Below, piece by piece: positions 60,701 through 64,000 of a stretch of 64,000 nucleotides of DNA; the stretch's first letter is position 1; every line of letters begins with the position of its first letter. The position numbers and the translations under genes are program-made. The notes beneath the pieces are model-generated. The model saw only the letters and a list, made by a program, of their open reading frames with translations. It searched no databases and had not been told where the DNA came from. Source of the DNA: Ginglymostoma cirratum (Eukaryota); assembly GCA_024137785.1 (NCBI GenBank), contig JAHRHZ010000145.1:35791435-35855434 (forward strand), in the 5' to 3' direction.

Positions 60701-63545
60701 TCTAGCAATACAAAAATATTCGTGTTATAACCAATTATATTAAAATCATGAAAAGCCAATCACACAGGGGACCATTCTCAAATTTGTTAATCTGGGCTTT
60801 AAGATAGCCAAGGAAGCCACTAACGTGACCAAGTTTGACTACAAACGTGATGTATACCAAAGTATAACCAAATGGAAACAAAGTAACACAGAAAATGTGT
60901 GAAAAACATCTTTAATTTCTTCACACCTTACAACGGCCTGTTATTGGACAATAAAGGATGTTGTGAAGCATTTTGTGTTGGCTAGGAAAAATCGTAGCAC
61001 ACTAAGCAGAAAGAAATTCTTGTCTTTGGACAAAGCTGCCATGTTGTCAATGCAGTCAAACATGTTTTCTGTGCTTTTGTGGTGCAGTGCTAAATCTCAG
61101 AGTGTCTCTAAGGCCATTGCAGGTTCAGCTAGGGAATCAAATGAGTAAGCAGGTAGGCATCCTTCAGATACTTCAGGATGATAATCTTCCTTTTCATCTG
61201 TTGATACATTTTGTCCATTTTCCTGAACCCCACCTCAAAAATCCTGGAGGTCATCAAGTGATTTTGTTAACCTTATACTGTGTTATTAATGTCTTGACAT
61301 TTGCCAAGTAACGTGACTTCTTGGACTTTCCTATCACAACATGCAGCGACATTTTGGTGGCATCCATGTTGGCATGGGTTATATCACTGACTCACTCCTT
61401 GCTTCACTTTGCACTATTGCACAGTTCATCTCAAGACCATAAGACCATAAGACATAGGAGTGGACGTAAGGCCATTCGGCCCATCGAGTCCACTCCACCA
61501 TTTAATCATGGCTGATGGGCATTTCAACTCCACTTACCCGCACTCTCCCCGTAGCCCTTGATTCCTTGCGAGATCAAGAATTTATCAATCTCTGCCTTGA
61601 AGACATTCAACGTCTCGGCCTCCACTGCGCTCCGTGGCAATGAATTCCACAGGCCCACCACTCTCTGGCTGAAGAAATGTCTCCTCATTTCCGTTCTAAA
61701 TTGACCCCCTCTAATTCTAAGGCTGTGCCCACGGGTCCTAGTTTCCCAGCCTAACGGAAACAACTTCCCAGCGTCCACCCTTTCTAAGCCATGCATTATC
61801 TTGTAAGTTTCTATTAGATCTCCCCTCAACCTTCTAAACTCTAATGAATACAATCCCAGGATCCTCAGCCGTTCATCGTATGTTAGGCCTACCACTCCAG
61901 GGATCATCCGTGTGAATCTCCGCTGGACTCGCTCGAGTGCCAGTATGTCCTTCCTGAGGTGTGGGGCCCAAAATTGGACACAGTATTCTAAATGGGGCCT
62001 AACTAGAGCTTTATAAAGTCTCAGAAGCACATCGCTGCTTTTATATTCCAACCCTCTTGAGATAAATGACAACATTCCATTTGCTTTCTTAATCACTGAC
62101 TCAACCTGCAAGTTAACCTTTAGAGAATCCTGTACTAGCACTCCCAGATCCCTTTGTACTTCGGCTTTATGAATTTGCTCACCGTTCAGAATCTTTAGAT
62201 ATTAAAGAGCGATCTGGTAAAACTCAATAAGATAGTCCAGTTTAATCTGCGTTATAAGTATCTCCTGGTGCATTCTCATTCAGGACATGGGTGAGACTAT
62301 TTTACGGCCAACCCTCCAGGCTTGTCCATGATTTTGCATTTTATCATGGCCTGACTCAGCTCTGATTGACTGGTGGGGTATTATCACAAGCGTGTACAGA
62401 AATTTAGCTAATCTGGAGTTGCCAACTGGAACTTAGGTTTGTCATAGGCATCCTGCTTTTGGATTTCCTATTCTGCCGTGTGAATGGCTGACAGCTTCAC
62501 CACAACTGTCGCTTCGGATTACCCACATCTGGCTCATTTCACTCTATTGTGCAAATGCAACAAAAACTATGTATATGAAAACTCCAGCTGTCTCATTTGG
62601 GAGTTTCATTGTCCCATTTGAGGGAATATGTTCATTCTAATGTTTCAATCTGTTAGATTGTTATGTCTGGTCTTAATAAGTGTAGTATTATGAGGGCTAT
62701 GCTTATTTGTTTGAGCTAATAAAACAATAATATTCTTTTAAGTGCCAGAGGTTCCTAAAAAGGCCCCTGTTGAAGAAGTTAAGCTAATTACTCCTCCAAG
62801 AAAAGAGGAAGCCCCTCCAGCTAAAGGTAAATAGTGTGGCAATGTCTTTACATTATTACATTGATTCTACTTTCAACAGTCATCTCTCAAACCCTTTCAA
62901 ACCTTATCCAGACAATGGAGCTGATCATTATCATACTTATTTGTCAATCTATTTGTTTGTTTTGTTTTGACATGGTGTTCTGTATGTTTTGTTCATGTCA
63001 TAATGACTCAAATGTGATTTTTATGTTAATTTGATGTCAAATTGGAAAATGATCTGAGACATTTTGATTATTCACACAACATTGAGGAAGATTTCTGAAG
63101 TTAGCTTATTGGAAGTGTATTTTCAATTAATGTAAAAATTCGCCAGCAATATTTGTTAGTTCAAAGGCATTGCCCAGTGTATGTTTTAATGTGAATTGAA
63201 TCATTTTATTTGGAAAGATTTGGACAAAATGTTGATTTTTAGTAAAAACAATAAAATGTGAAATTTTTATATACATATTCAATCATTGCATAAAGATCAT
63301 TTTCTTTTTGATAAAGATGTTGTGTCGAGTCATAAGTAAATGCCGATTTGAACTAGTCTGTCTGCCACATTTGCAATGTTTCTTCATTTCTTATTTACGT
63401 TTCTTCAATTTTTAAGTAAGTTTGTGGAGTGAATCTTATCTTAAAAGCATTATGTTATTTAAAGTGCTAGAGGTTCCGAAGAAGCCAATAAAACAAGAAG
63501 AAAAACCAGCCATTGTTCCAAGAGATAAAGTAGCACCAACTAAAG
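501..63545 (+). CDS. ttn: Titin, partial multi-exon gene: I-band tandem Ig segment, N2A element and proximal PEVK; open at both ends
   Basis: About 63 in-frame AG/GT exons: tandem I-set Ig domains (EPP-F..., W-K-G, D-G-Y-C...N-AG), UN2A motif DPKEYEKYARMYGITDFRGLL, and VPEVPKKP...PPAK repeats. Confidence 0.98.
891..1178 (+). CDS. ttn: titin Ig exon, position 5 (DRIVPPSFKR...)
   Basis: cag|AT...G|gttgga, 288 bp. Confidence 0.95.
1425..1703 (+). CDS. ttn: titin Ig exon, position 6 (EPPSFTVKP..VVPGS)
   Basis: cag|AG...G|gtgggg, 279 bp. Confidence 0.95.
2200..2660 (+). mobile_element. 3' end of a degenerate non-LTR LINE sharing its tail with the local tRNA-SINE
   Basis: LINE ORF2-like C-terminal remnant (LDTIQEKAA); tail ...aataaatgttggcc..gcaatgccca similar to the SINE ends. 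Confidence 0.6.
2870..3152. mobile_element. two nested or adjacent family A palindromic elements
   Basis: inverted arms ggaacaaaaacagaagttgctggaa (2893-2917) / ttccagcaacttctgtttttgttcc (2996-3020), followed by a second arm ending gactcttcttcagaact. Confidence 0.8.
3651..3932 (+). CDS. ttn: titin Ig exon, position 1 (EPPQFIKKPE...)
   Basis: tag|AG...G|gtgtgt, 282 bp. Confidence 0.95.
4037..4315 (+). CDS. ttn: titin Ig exon, position 2 (EPPSVRKKLEPVEVVKG)
   Basis: tag|AA...G|gtcagt, 279 bp. Confidence 0.95.
4461..4739 (+). CDS. ttn: titin Ig exon, position 3 (EPPSFVKKIENITV)
   Basis: cag|AA...G|gttagt, 279 bp. Confidence 0.95.
4843..5121 (+). CDS. ttn: titin Ig exon, position 4
   Basis: cag|AA...G|gttggt, 279 bp, EPAQVIEKP. 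Confidence 0.95.
6034..6321 (+). CDS. ttn: titin Ig exon, position 5
   Basis: tag|AT...G|gttgga, 288 bp, DRIIAPSFSR. Confidence 0.95.
6576..6854 (+). CDS. ttn: titin Ig exon, position 6
   Basis: tag|AG...G|gtttgc, 279 bp. Confidence 0.95.
7060..7341 (+). CDS. ttn: titin Ig exon, position 1
   Basis: cag|AA...G|gtgtgt, 282 bp. Confidence 0.95.
7426..7704 (+). CDS. ttn: titin Ig exon, position 2
   Basis: cag|AA...G|gttagt, 279 bp. Confidence 0.95.
7871..8149 (+). CDS. ttn: titin Ig exon, position 3
   Basis: tag|AA...G|gtcagt, 279 bp. Confidence 0.95.
8290..8568 (+). CDS. ttn: titin Ig exon, position 4 (core Trp replaced by Cys)
   Basis: tag|AA...G|gttagt, 279 bp; ELKVKCLKDG. Confidence 0.93.
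8781..8950. mobile_element. palindromic short element, family B, with TSD
   Basis: arms gagataacaaggtgtagagctgga / tccagctctacaccttgttatctc; flanking direct repeat tgaaaatagttga at 8771-8783 and 8951-8963. Confidence 0.85.
9238..9525 (+). CDS. ttn: titin Ig exon, position 5
   Basis: cag|AT...G|gtgtga, 288 bp. Confidence 0.95.
9625..9975 (+). mobile_element. tRNA-derived SINE, degenerate
   Basis: B-box-like ttcaaatcc, body ggttcactaa..aaggaaatctgcc..ccagacccacagcaatgtg, A-rich tail; matches copies at 31.5 and 46.8 kb. Confidence 0.75.
9978..10633. mobile_element. possible non-autonomous DNA transposon (MITE-like)
   Basis: imperfect terminal inverted repeats gggctgaattct / agatccagccc. Confidence 0.4.
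10768..11046 (+). CDS. ttn: titin Ig exon, position 6
   Basis: tag|AG...G|gtgtgt, 279 bp. Confidence 0.95.
12299..12580 (+). CDS. ttn: titin Ig exon, position 1
   Basis: cag|AA...G|gtctgt, 282 bp. Confidence 0.95.
13115..14280 (+). mobile_element. CR1-type LINE, 5'-truncated (RT C-terminus plus 3' UTR)
   Basis: YINDLD...SKFADD, FNLDKCEVL, LYRTLVRPLLQYSVQFWSP, TRGHRFK; frameshifted. Confidence 0.95.
14426..14704 (+). CDS. ttn: titin Ig exon, position 2
   Basis: tag|AA...G|gtcagt, 279 bp. Confidence 0.95.
14884..15162 (+). CDS. ttn: titin Ig exon, position 3
   Basis: tag|AG...G|gttagt, 279 bp, ERPTFIQTIEN. Confidence 0.93.
15312..15720 (-). mobile_element. CR1-type LINE 3' fragment, degenerate
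   Basis: reverse-complement CR1 3' end (ggagcaggagta..ggccttcaagcctg..ttcaatatgatcatggctg). Confidence 0.7.
16185..16463 (+). CDS. ttn: titin Ig exon, position 4
   Basis: cag|AA...G|gtcagt, 279 bp. Confidence 0.95.
16596..16883 (+). CDS. ttn: titin Ig exon, position 5
   Basis: cag|AA...G|gtgtga, 288 bp. Confidence 0.95.
17114..17123. other. assembly gap (10 N)
   Basis: run of N; falls where position-6 and position-1 Ig exons are expected. Confidence 0.99.
17218..17496 (+). CDS. ttn: titin Ig exon, position 2
   Basis: tag|AA...G|gttagt, 279 bp, ends GSCSCSCGVSLK. Confidence 0.95.
17658..17936 (+). CDS. ttn: titin Ig exon, position 3
   Basis: cag|AG...G|gttggt, 279 bp. Confidence 0.95.
18077..18355 (+). 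CDS. ttn: titin Ig exon, position 4
   Basis: cag|AA...G|gtcagt, 279 bp. Confidence 0.95.
18483..18770 (+). CDS. ttn: titin Ig exon, position 5
   Basis: cag|AT...G|gtttga, 288 bp. Confidence 0.95.
18969..19247 (+). CDS. ttn: titin Ig exon, position 6
   Basis: tag|AG...G|gtgtgc, 279 bp. Confidence 0.95.
19697..19978 (+). CDS. ttn: titin Ig exon, position 1 (start of ten-domain-type unit)
   Basis: tag|AG...G|gtacgt, 282 bp. Confidence 0.95.
20074..20352 (+). CDS. ttn: titin Ig exon, position 2 variant (GGDTCIGTLNLK)
   Basis: cag|AG...G|gtttgt, 279 bp. Confidence 0.95.
20457..20735 (+). CDS. ttn: titin Ig exon, position 3 variant (KKLSNISSVLG..LQATIKG)
   Basis: cag|AG...G|gttagt, 279 bp. Confidence 0.95.
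20871..21149 (+). CDS. ttn: titin Ig exon, position 4
   Basis: tag|AA...G|gtatgg, 279 bp. Confidence 0.95.
21254..21541 (+). CDS. ttn: titin Ig exon, position 5
   Basis: cag|AT...G|gtcagt, 288 bp. Confidence 0.95.
21800..21950 (+). mobile_element. family B element with complete minimal hammerhead-like core and 16-bp TSD
   Basis: core ctgaaga-a-gggtc-ca-gaccc-gaaacgtc at 21858-21885; direct repeat tatcttcaatcatatt at 21784-21799 and 21946-21961. Confidence 0.85.
25790..26600 (+). mobile_element. CR1-type LINE fragment, old
   Basis: TIYVNGLDVGTKCNISKFADNTKLGG...; ghkf/kgrpf-type C-terminal remnants. Confidence 0.85.
27082..27360 (+). CDS. ttn: titin Ig exon, position 6 (I73 equivalent, counting back from I80)
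   Basis: tag|AA...G|gttcgt, 279 bp. Confidence 0.95.
27450..27728 (+). CDS. ttn: titin Ig exon (I74 equivalent; EPAVFQKKLNDSSV)
   Basis: cag|AA...G|gtttgt, 279 bp. Confidence 0.95.
27849..28127 (+). CDS. ttn: titin Ig exon (I75 equivalent)
   Basis: cag|AA...G|gtgact, 279 bp. Confidence 0.95.
28291..28578 (+). CDS. ttn: titin Ig exon (I76 equivalent; ERKIAPSFTR)
   Basis: cag|AA...G|gtttgt, 288 bp. Confidence 0.95.
28755..29042 (+). CDS. ttn: titin Ig exon (I77 equivalent)
   Basis: tag|AG...G|gtattt, 288 bp. Confidence 0.95.
29468..29758 (+). CDS. ttn: titin Ig exon (I78 equivalent; DRKIPPSFTKRP..EGRVSGSQP)
   Basis: cag|AT...G|gttagt, 291 bp. Confidence 0.95.
30540..30827 (+). CDS. ttn: titin Ig exon (I79 equivalent)
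   Basis: tag|AG...G|gtacgg, 288 bp. Confidence 0.95.
31485..31805 (-). mobile_element. tRNA-derived SINE
   Basis: reverse complement of the SINE at 9.6 kb; ggatttgaacc = B box on minus strand. Confidence 0.8.
32636..32725 (+). CDS. ttn: titin N2A: linker plus N-terminus of I80 (EKAVAKKVVSPPKADKIFFIEKPKSVKITE)
   Basis: tag|AA...A|gtaagt, 90 bp, absent from the ORF track; frame joins the next exon. Confidence 0.9.
33715..34690 (+). mobile_element. CR1 3' fragment interrupted by an inverted CR1
   Basis: SYEERLESLGLFS at 33745-33800 resumes as IEVYIIVRGRD at about 34320. Confidence 0.8.
33810..34318 (-). mobile_element. CR1-type LINE 3' end, nested insertion
   Basis: RLRADFIEVY...GESKTRGHRFKVRGDR on minus strand; same subfamily as 13115-14280. 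Confidence 0.9.
34797..35079 (+). CDS. ttn: titin N2A: I80 and start of UN2A (ATFTAKVGGDPIPNVKWMKGKWRQ...)
   Basis: cag|AG...AA|gtaagt, 283 bp, phase 1/2. Confidence 0.96.
35420..35606 (+). CDS. ttn: titin UN2A unique insertion (MARP/ANKRD-binding region)
   Basis: aag|A...TTT|gtgagt, 187 bp; DIDIVELLRNVDPKEYEKYARMYGITDFRGLLQA. Confidence 0.96.
35733..35819 (+). CDS. ttn: titin UN2A C-terminal exon (ELEERERGPEEEEFNELIQYIQQRIEKVE)
   Basis: aag|GAG...GAG|gtagga, 87 bp, phase 0/0. Confidence 0.93.
35931..36198 (+). CDS. ttn: titin N2A I81
   Basis: cag|CCT...G|gtaagc; KINYPEIKLSWYKGTEKLE...CGPHISSAKLTV. Confidence 0.96.
36288..36548 (+). CDS. ttn: titin N2A I82
   Basis: cag|AG...G|gtttgt, 261 bp; CQFSLPNLKTEWFRNG...YEDLETSA. 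Confidence 0.96.
36645..36854 (+). CDS. ttn: titin N2A I83, first part
   Basis: tag|CG...G|gtacat, 210 bp; FECEVSFDDAIVTW...MTIHNVT. Confidence 0.96.
36920..38090 (+). mobile_element. degenerate CR1 3' fragment split by an approximately 570-bp insertion (37040-37615)
   Basis: LYGILVRSHLEYC at 36970-37010; continuation and CR1-like tail at 37620-38090. Confidence 0.65.
38486..38563 (+). CDS. ttn: titin N2A I83, second part (GVYSVIAQLEPRGEAKSTAELYVSSQ)
   Basis: cag|GG...G|gtaggt, 78 bp; completes the D-E-G-V-Y motif. Confidence 0.94.
38664..38690 (+). CDS. ttn: titin 27-bp micro-exon (EITLKPRKP), N2A/PEVK junction
   Basis: ttctttacag|AA...G|gtgggt, phase 1/1. Confidence 0.8.
39432..39455 (+). 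CDS. ttn: putative titin 24-bp micro-exon (GKEWAEEI)
   Basis: long pyrimidine tract, tag|GA...G|gtaact, phase 1/1, purine-rich. Confidence 0.65.
   Translation, partial: EKNGQKK
39722..39948. mobile_element. near-complete family B palindrome (about 100-bp arms)
   Basis: cagagatag..ggaactgcagatgctggag..gagcaggaaag / ctttcctgctcc..ctccagcatcggcaattcc..ctatctctg; centre gggtccagacccgaaatgtc. Confidence 0.88.
39969..40010. repeat. perfect 21-bp tandem duplication
   Basis: ttttcagttgagctggtgtat x2. Confidence 0.9.
40765..40797 (+). CDS. ttn: putative titin 33-bp micro-exon (GEERKIRWQTT)
   Basis: ctttaaag|GA...G|gtgaca, phase 1/1, same AAG acceptor style as the PEVK exons. Confidence 0.65.
42194..42268 (+). 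CDS. ttn: titin proximal PEVK-region E/Y-rich exon (VAEKYEISEDISYTILEEEEYGRWK)
   Basis: cttttgaag|TT...G|gtacag, 75 bp. Confidence 0.82.
42567..42632 (+). CDS. ttn: titin PEVK-region exon (VPTAPEEITQYISVEEEAYLKE)
   Basis: ttttaaaag|TT...G|gtacaa, 66 bp. Confidence 0.85.
42857..44100 (-). mobile_element. CR1-type LINE, 5'-truncated, relatively young
   Basis: VYMDFSKAFDKIPH, GVPQASVLGPLLFVIFINDLD, SKFADDTK, LYKTLVRPHLEYCVQFWSP; terminal (agaacat)n microsatellite. Confidence 0.97.
44866..44961 (+). CDS. ttn: titin PEVK exon (VSGVGKISVPEKVPEPAAPPRLSIEQEPVPQK)
   Basis: ctttgaag|TG...G|gtacaa, 96 bp. Confidence 0.9.
45909..45983 (+). CDS. ttn: titin PEVK exon (EPTKRIIEEVEQVTVSRKEVVPPKK)
   Basis: ctttaaag|AG...G|gtatgg, 75 bp. 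Confidence 0.9.
46810..47148 (-). mobile_element. tRNA-derived SINE
   Basis: ggattcaaacccggg = B box on minus strand; same body as the 9.6 and 31.5 kb copies. Confidence 0.82.
47696..47838. mobile_element. family B half-element with TSD
   Basis: agatagcaggaactgcagatgctggag...caggacccttc; direct repeat aagga(t/c)agccatgg at 47682-47695 and 47839-47852. Confidence 0.8.
48692..48766 (+). CDS. ttn: titin PEVK exon (VPEVPEPLPEEKEPIIRKKKVPPTK)
   Basis: cttaaag|TG...G|gtacaa, 75 bp. Confidence 0.92.
49850..50450 (-). mobile_element. L2-type LINE ORF2 remnant
   Basis: NNFLQLNIG and LKLIQNLAGVVQTHNKSHFPITPGL resemble the L2 RT C-terminus. Confidence 0.7.
50680..51100 (+). mobile_element. LINE RT fragment followed by CR1 3' tail
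   Basis: gcaggagttcctcagg (GVPQG), gctgatgac (ADD); then CR1 tail ggtttagagggat..ggcaagtgggact.. Confidence 0.65.
51177..51248 (+). CDS. ttn: titin PEVK exon with shifted acceptor (DVAEKPTPEEPVPVQRKEKITTVK)
   Basis: tgctag|AT...G|gtacaa, 72 bp; the homologous AAG acceptor 6 nt upstream reads AAA. Confidence 0.75.
51884..51967 (+). CDS. ttn: titin PEVK exon (VPEIPKKEVVEEARTVIISRREEISAPE)
   Basis: ttctttcaaag|TG...G|gtataa, 84 bp. Confidence 0.92.
54169..54252 (+). CDS. ttn: titin PEVK exon (VTEVTKKPTVEEVKPTIVPRKEKVAPAK)
   Basis: ttaaaaag|TG...G|gtataa, 84 bp. Confidence 0.92.
55126..55200 (+). CDS. ttn: titin PEVK exon (VPEVPKKPIHEEIITVRREDIIPTE)
   Basis: tttcaag|TG...G|gtaaaa, 75 bp. Confidence 0.92.
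56147..56230 (+). CDS. ttn: titin PEVK exon (VLEISEKTFVKEVKVITTTTEEEIFPPP)
   Basis: ctttcaag|TT...G|gtataa, 84 bp. Confidence 0.88.
56966..57046 (+). CDS. ttn: titin PEVK exon (VPEFIQKTLPEEVKRVSVPKKDIIPPK)
   Basis: ttctttaaag|TG...G|gtataa, 81 bp. Confidence 0.92.
57679..57762 (+). CDS. ttn: titin PEVK exon (VPEICEKPAVEEVKPVIIPEKAEITPAK)
   Basis: ctttgaag|TG...G|gtagag, 84 bp. Confidence 0.92.
58225..58471. mobile_element. family A palindromic element with two head-to-head hammerhead-like cores and TSD
   Basis: + core ctgagga-a-gggtc-actg-gaccc-gaaatgtt at 58367-58396, mirror core at about 58328-58358; direct repeat taata(g/t)ttttcttt at 58211-58224 and 58472-58485. Confidence 0.85.
59130..59320 (-). 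mobile_element. short CR1 3' end
   Basis: cacagaatc..agaaggc..ttcggccc..ttatccaagtactgtttaaa. Confidence 0.55.
59628..59711 (+). CDS. ttn: titin PEVK exon (VPKVPKKPLAEEIKPARLPEKEPVTPVK)
   Basis: ttctttaaag|TG...G|gtataa, 84 bp. Confidence 0.93.
59883..60486. mobile_element. family B palindrome spanning an assembly gap, with TSD
   Basis: inverted arms on both sides of the Ns; direct repeat ttcacctcaaaca at 59870-59882 and 60487-60499. Confidence 0.85.
60000..60399. other. assembly gap (400 N)
   Basis: run of N. Confidence 0.99.
61432..62190 (-). mobile_element. CR1-type LINE 3' fragment, young
   Basis: uninterrupted 205-aa ORF2 C-terminus (LYKALVRPHLEYCVQFWAP...TRGHSLRIRGG); terminal (agaccata)n microsatellite. 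Confidence 0.97.
62743..62826 (+). CDS. ttn: titin PEVK exon (VPEVPKKAPVEEVKLITPPRKEEAPPAK)
   Basis: ttcttttaag|TG...G|gtaaat, 84 bp, canonical PPAK motif. Confidence 0.94.
63465..63545 (+). CDS. ttn: titin PEVK exon (VLEVPKKPIKQEEKPAIVPRDKVAPTK)
   Basis: tttaaag|TG...G|gtacaa, 81 bp. Confidence 0.92.
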
Positions 63546-64000
63546 GTACAAAAATGCAATAACGATCTTGTAATACAGCGATGTGCTTACATGATTAGAA
63601 CGAAAACAGTTATAACTTTTCATGGCACGCAGTATTCTTATTCAGAACTTTGTTTCTGGTCCTTATTGTTCCACTGGGATTCATTGACTCCTTTTCAAAT
63701 TATCGAAGGATTCATTATCATGTTGTGATGCTATTGTTTACATTGGTAGTAGCTGGAATATGCGCAGAAGTACGTATAATTATACGGTGCAGAAAGAACC
63801 TAATAGCTCCATTCTCACGCTTGAGCTCTCTCCCACCTTACCTAATCTTTCTTCTCAACAAATCCTTCTTTCCCTTCTTCTTTACGTAGCATTTGCTTAA
63901 TAGCATTTATTTTAATTGCTTTAATAACCTCATAAATGAGCAAGCTGTCGTCATTATCTTTGTGATTTTATAATTACGGTCCCAAATTTTGATTTTCTCA

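Noticed and set aside
1-64000. CRISPR arrays, functional tRNA/rRNA genes, prokaryotic operons
   Set aside because: Vertebrate intron-exon DNA; periodic repeats are exon paralogues and the tRNA-like boxes belong to SINE heads.

Overview
Eukaryotic, AT-rich genomic DNA: an internal 64 kb slice of a vertebrate titin gene (ttn) on the + strand, with no start or stop codon in the window. The repeat content points to a cartilaginous fish, probably a shark (inference). From 5' to 3' it holds: (1) 37 one-domain-per-exon tandem I-band Ig exons (501-30827, all phase 1/1, 279-291 bp), arranged as at least five six-domain super-repeats plus only one visible ten-domain-type unit; (2) the complete N2A element (I80, UN2A insertion, I81-I83; 32636-38563); (3) micro-exons and the first 15 PEVK-region exons (38664-63545). 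Introns carry CR1 and L2 LINE fragments, tRNA-derived SINEs and two assembly gaps. They also carry eight copies of short palindromic elements whose centre resembles a minimal hammerhead ribozyme core (CTGANGA-stem II-GAAACGTH); five of these have 13-16 bp target-site duplications, consistent with non-autonomous Penelope-like retroelements. Exon boundaries were read by eye from AG/GT signals and frame. Repeat boundaries are approximate. Comparisons with human TTN are from memory and need alignment.
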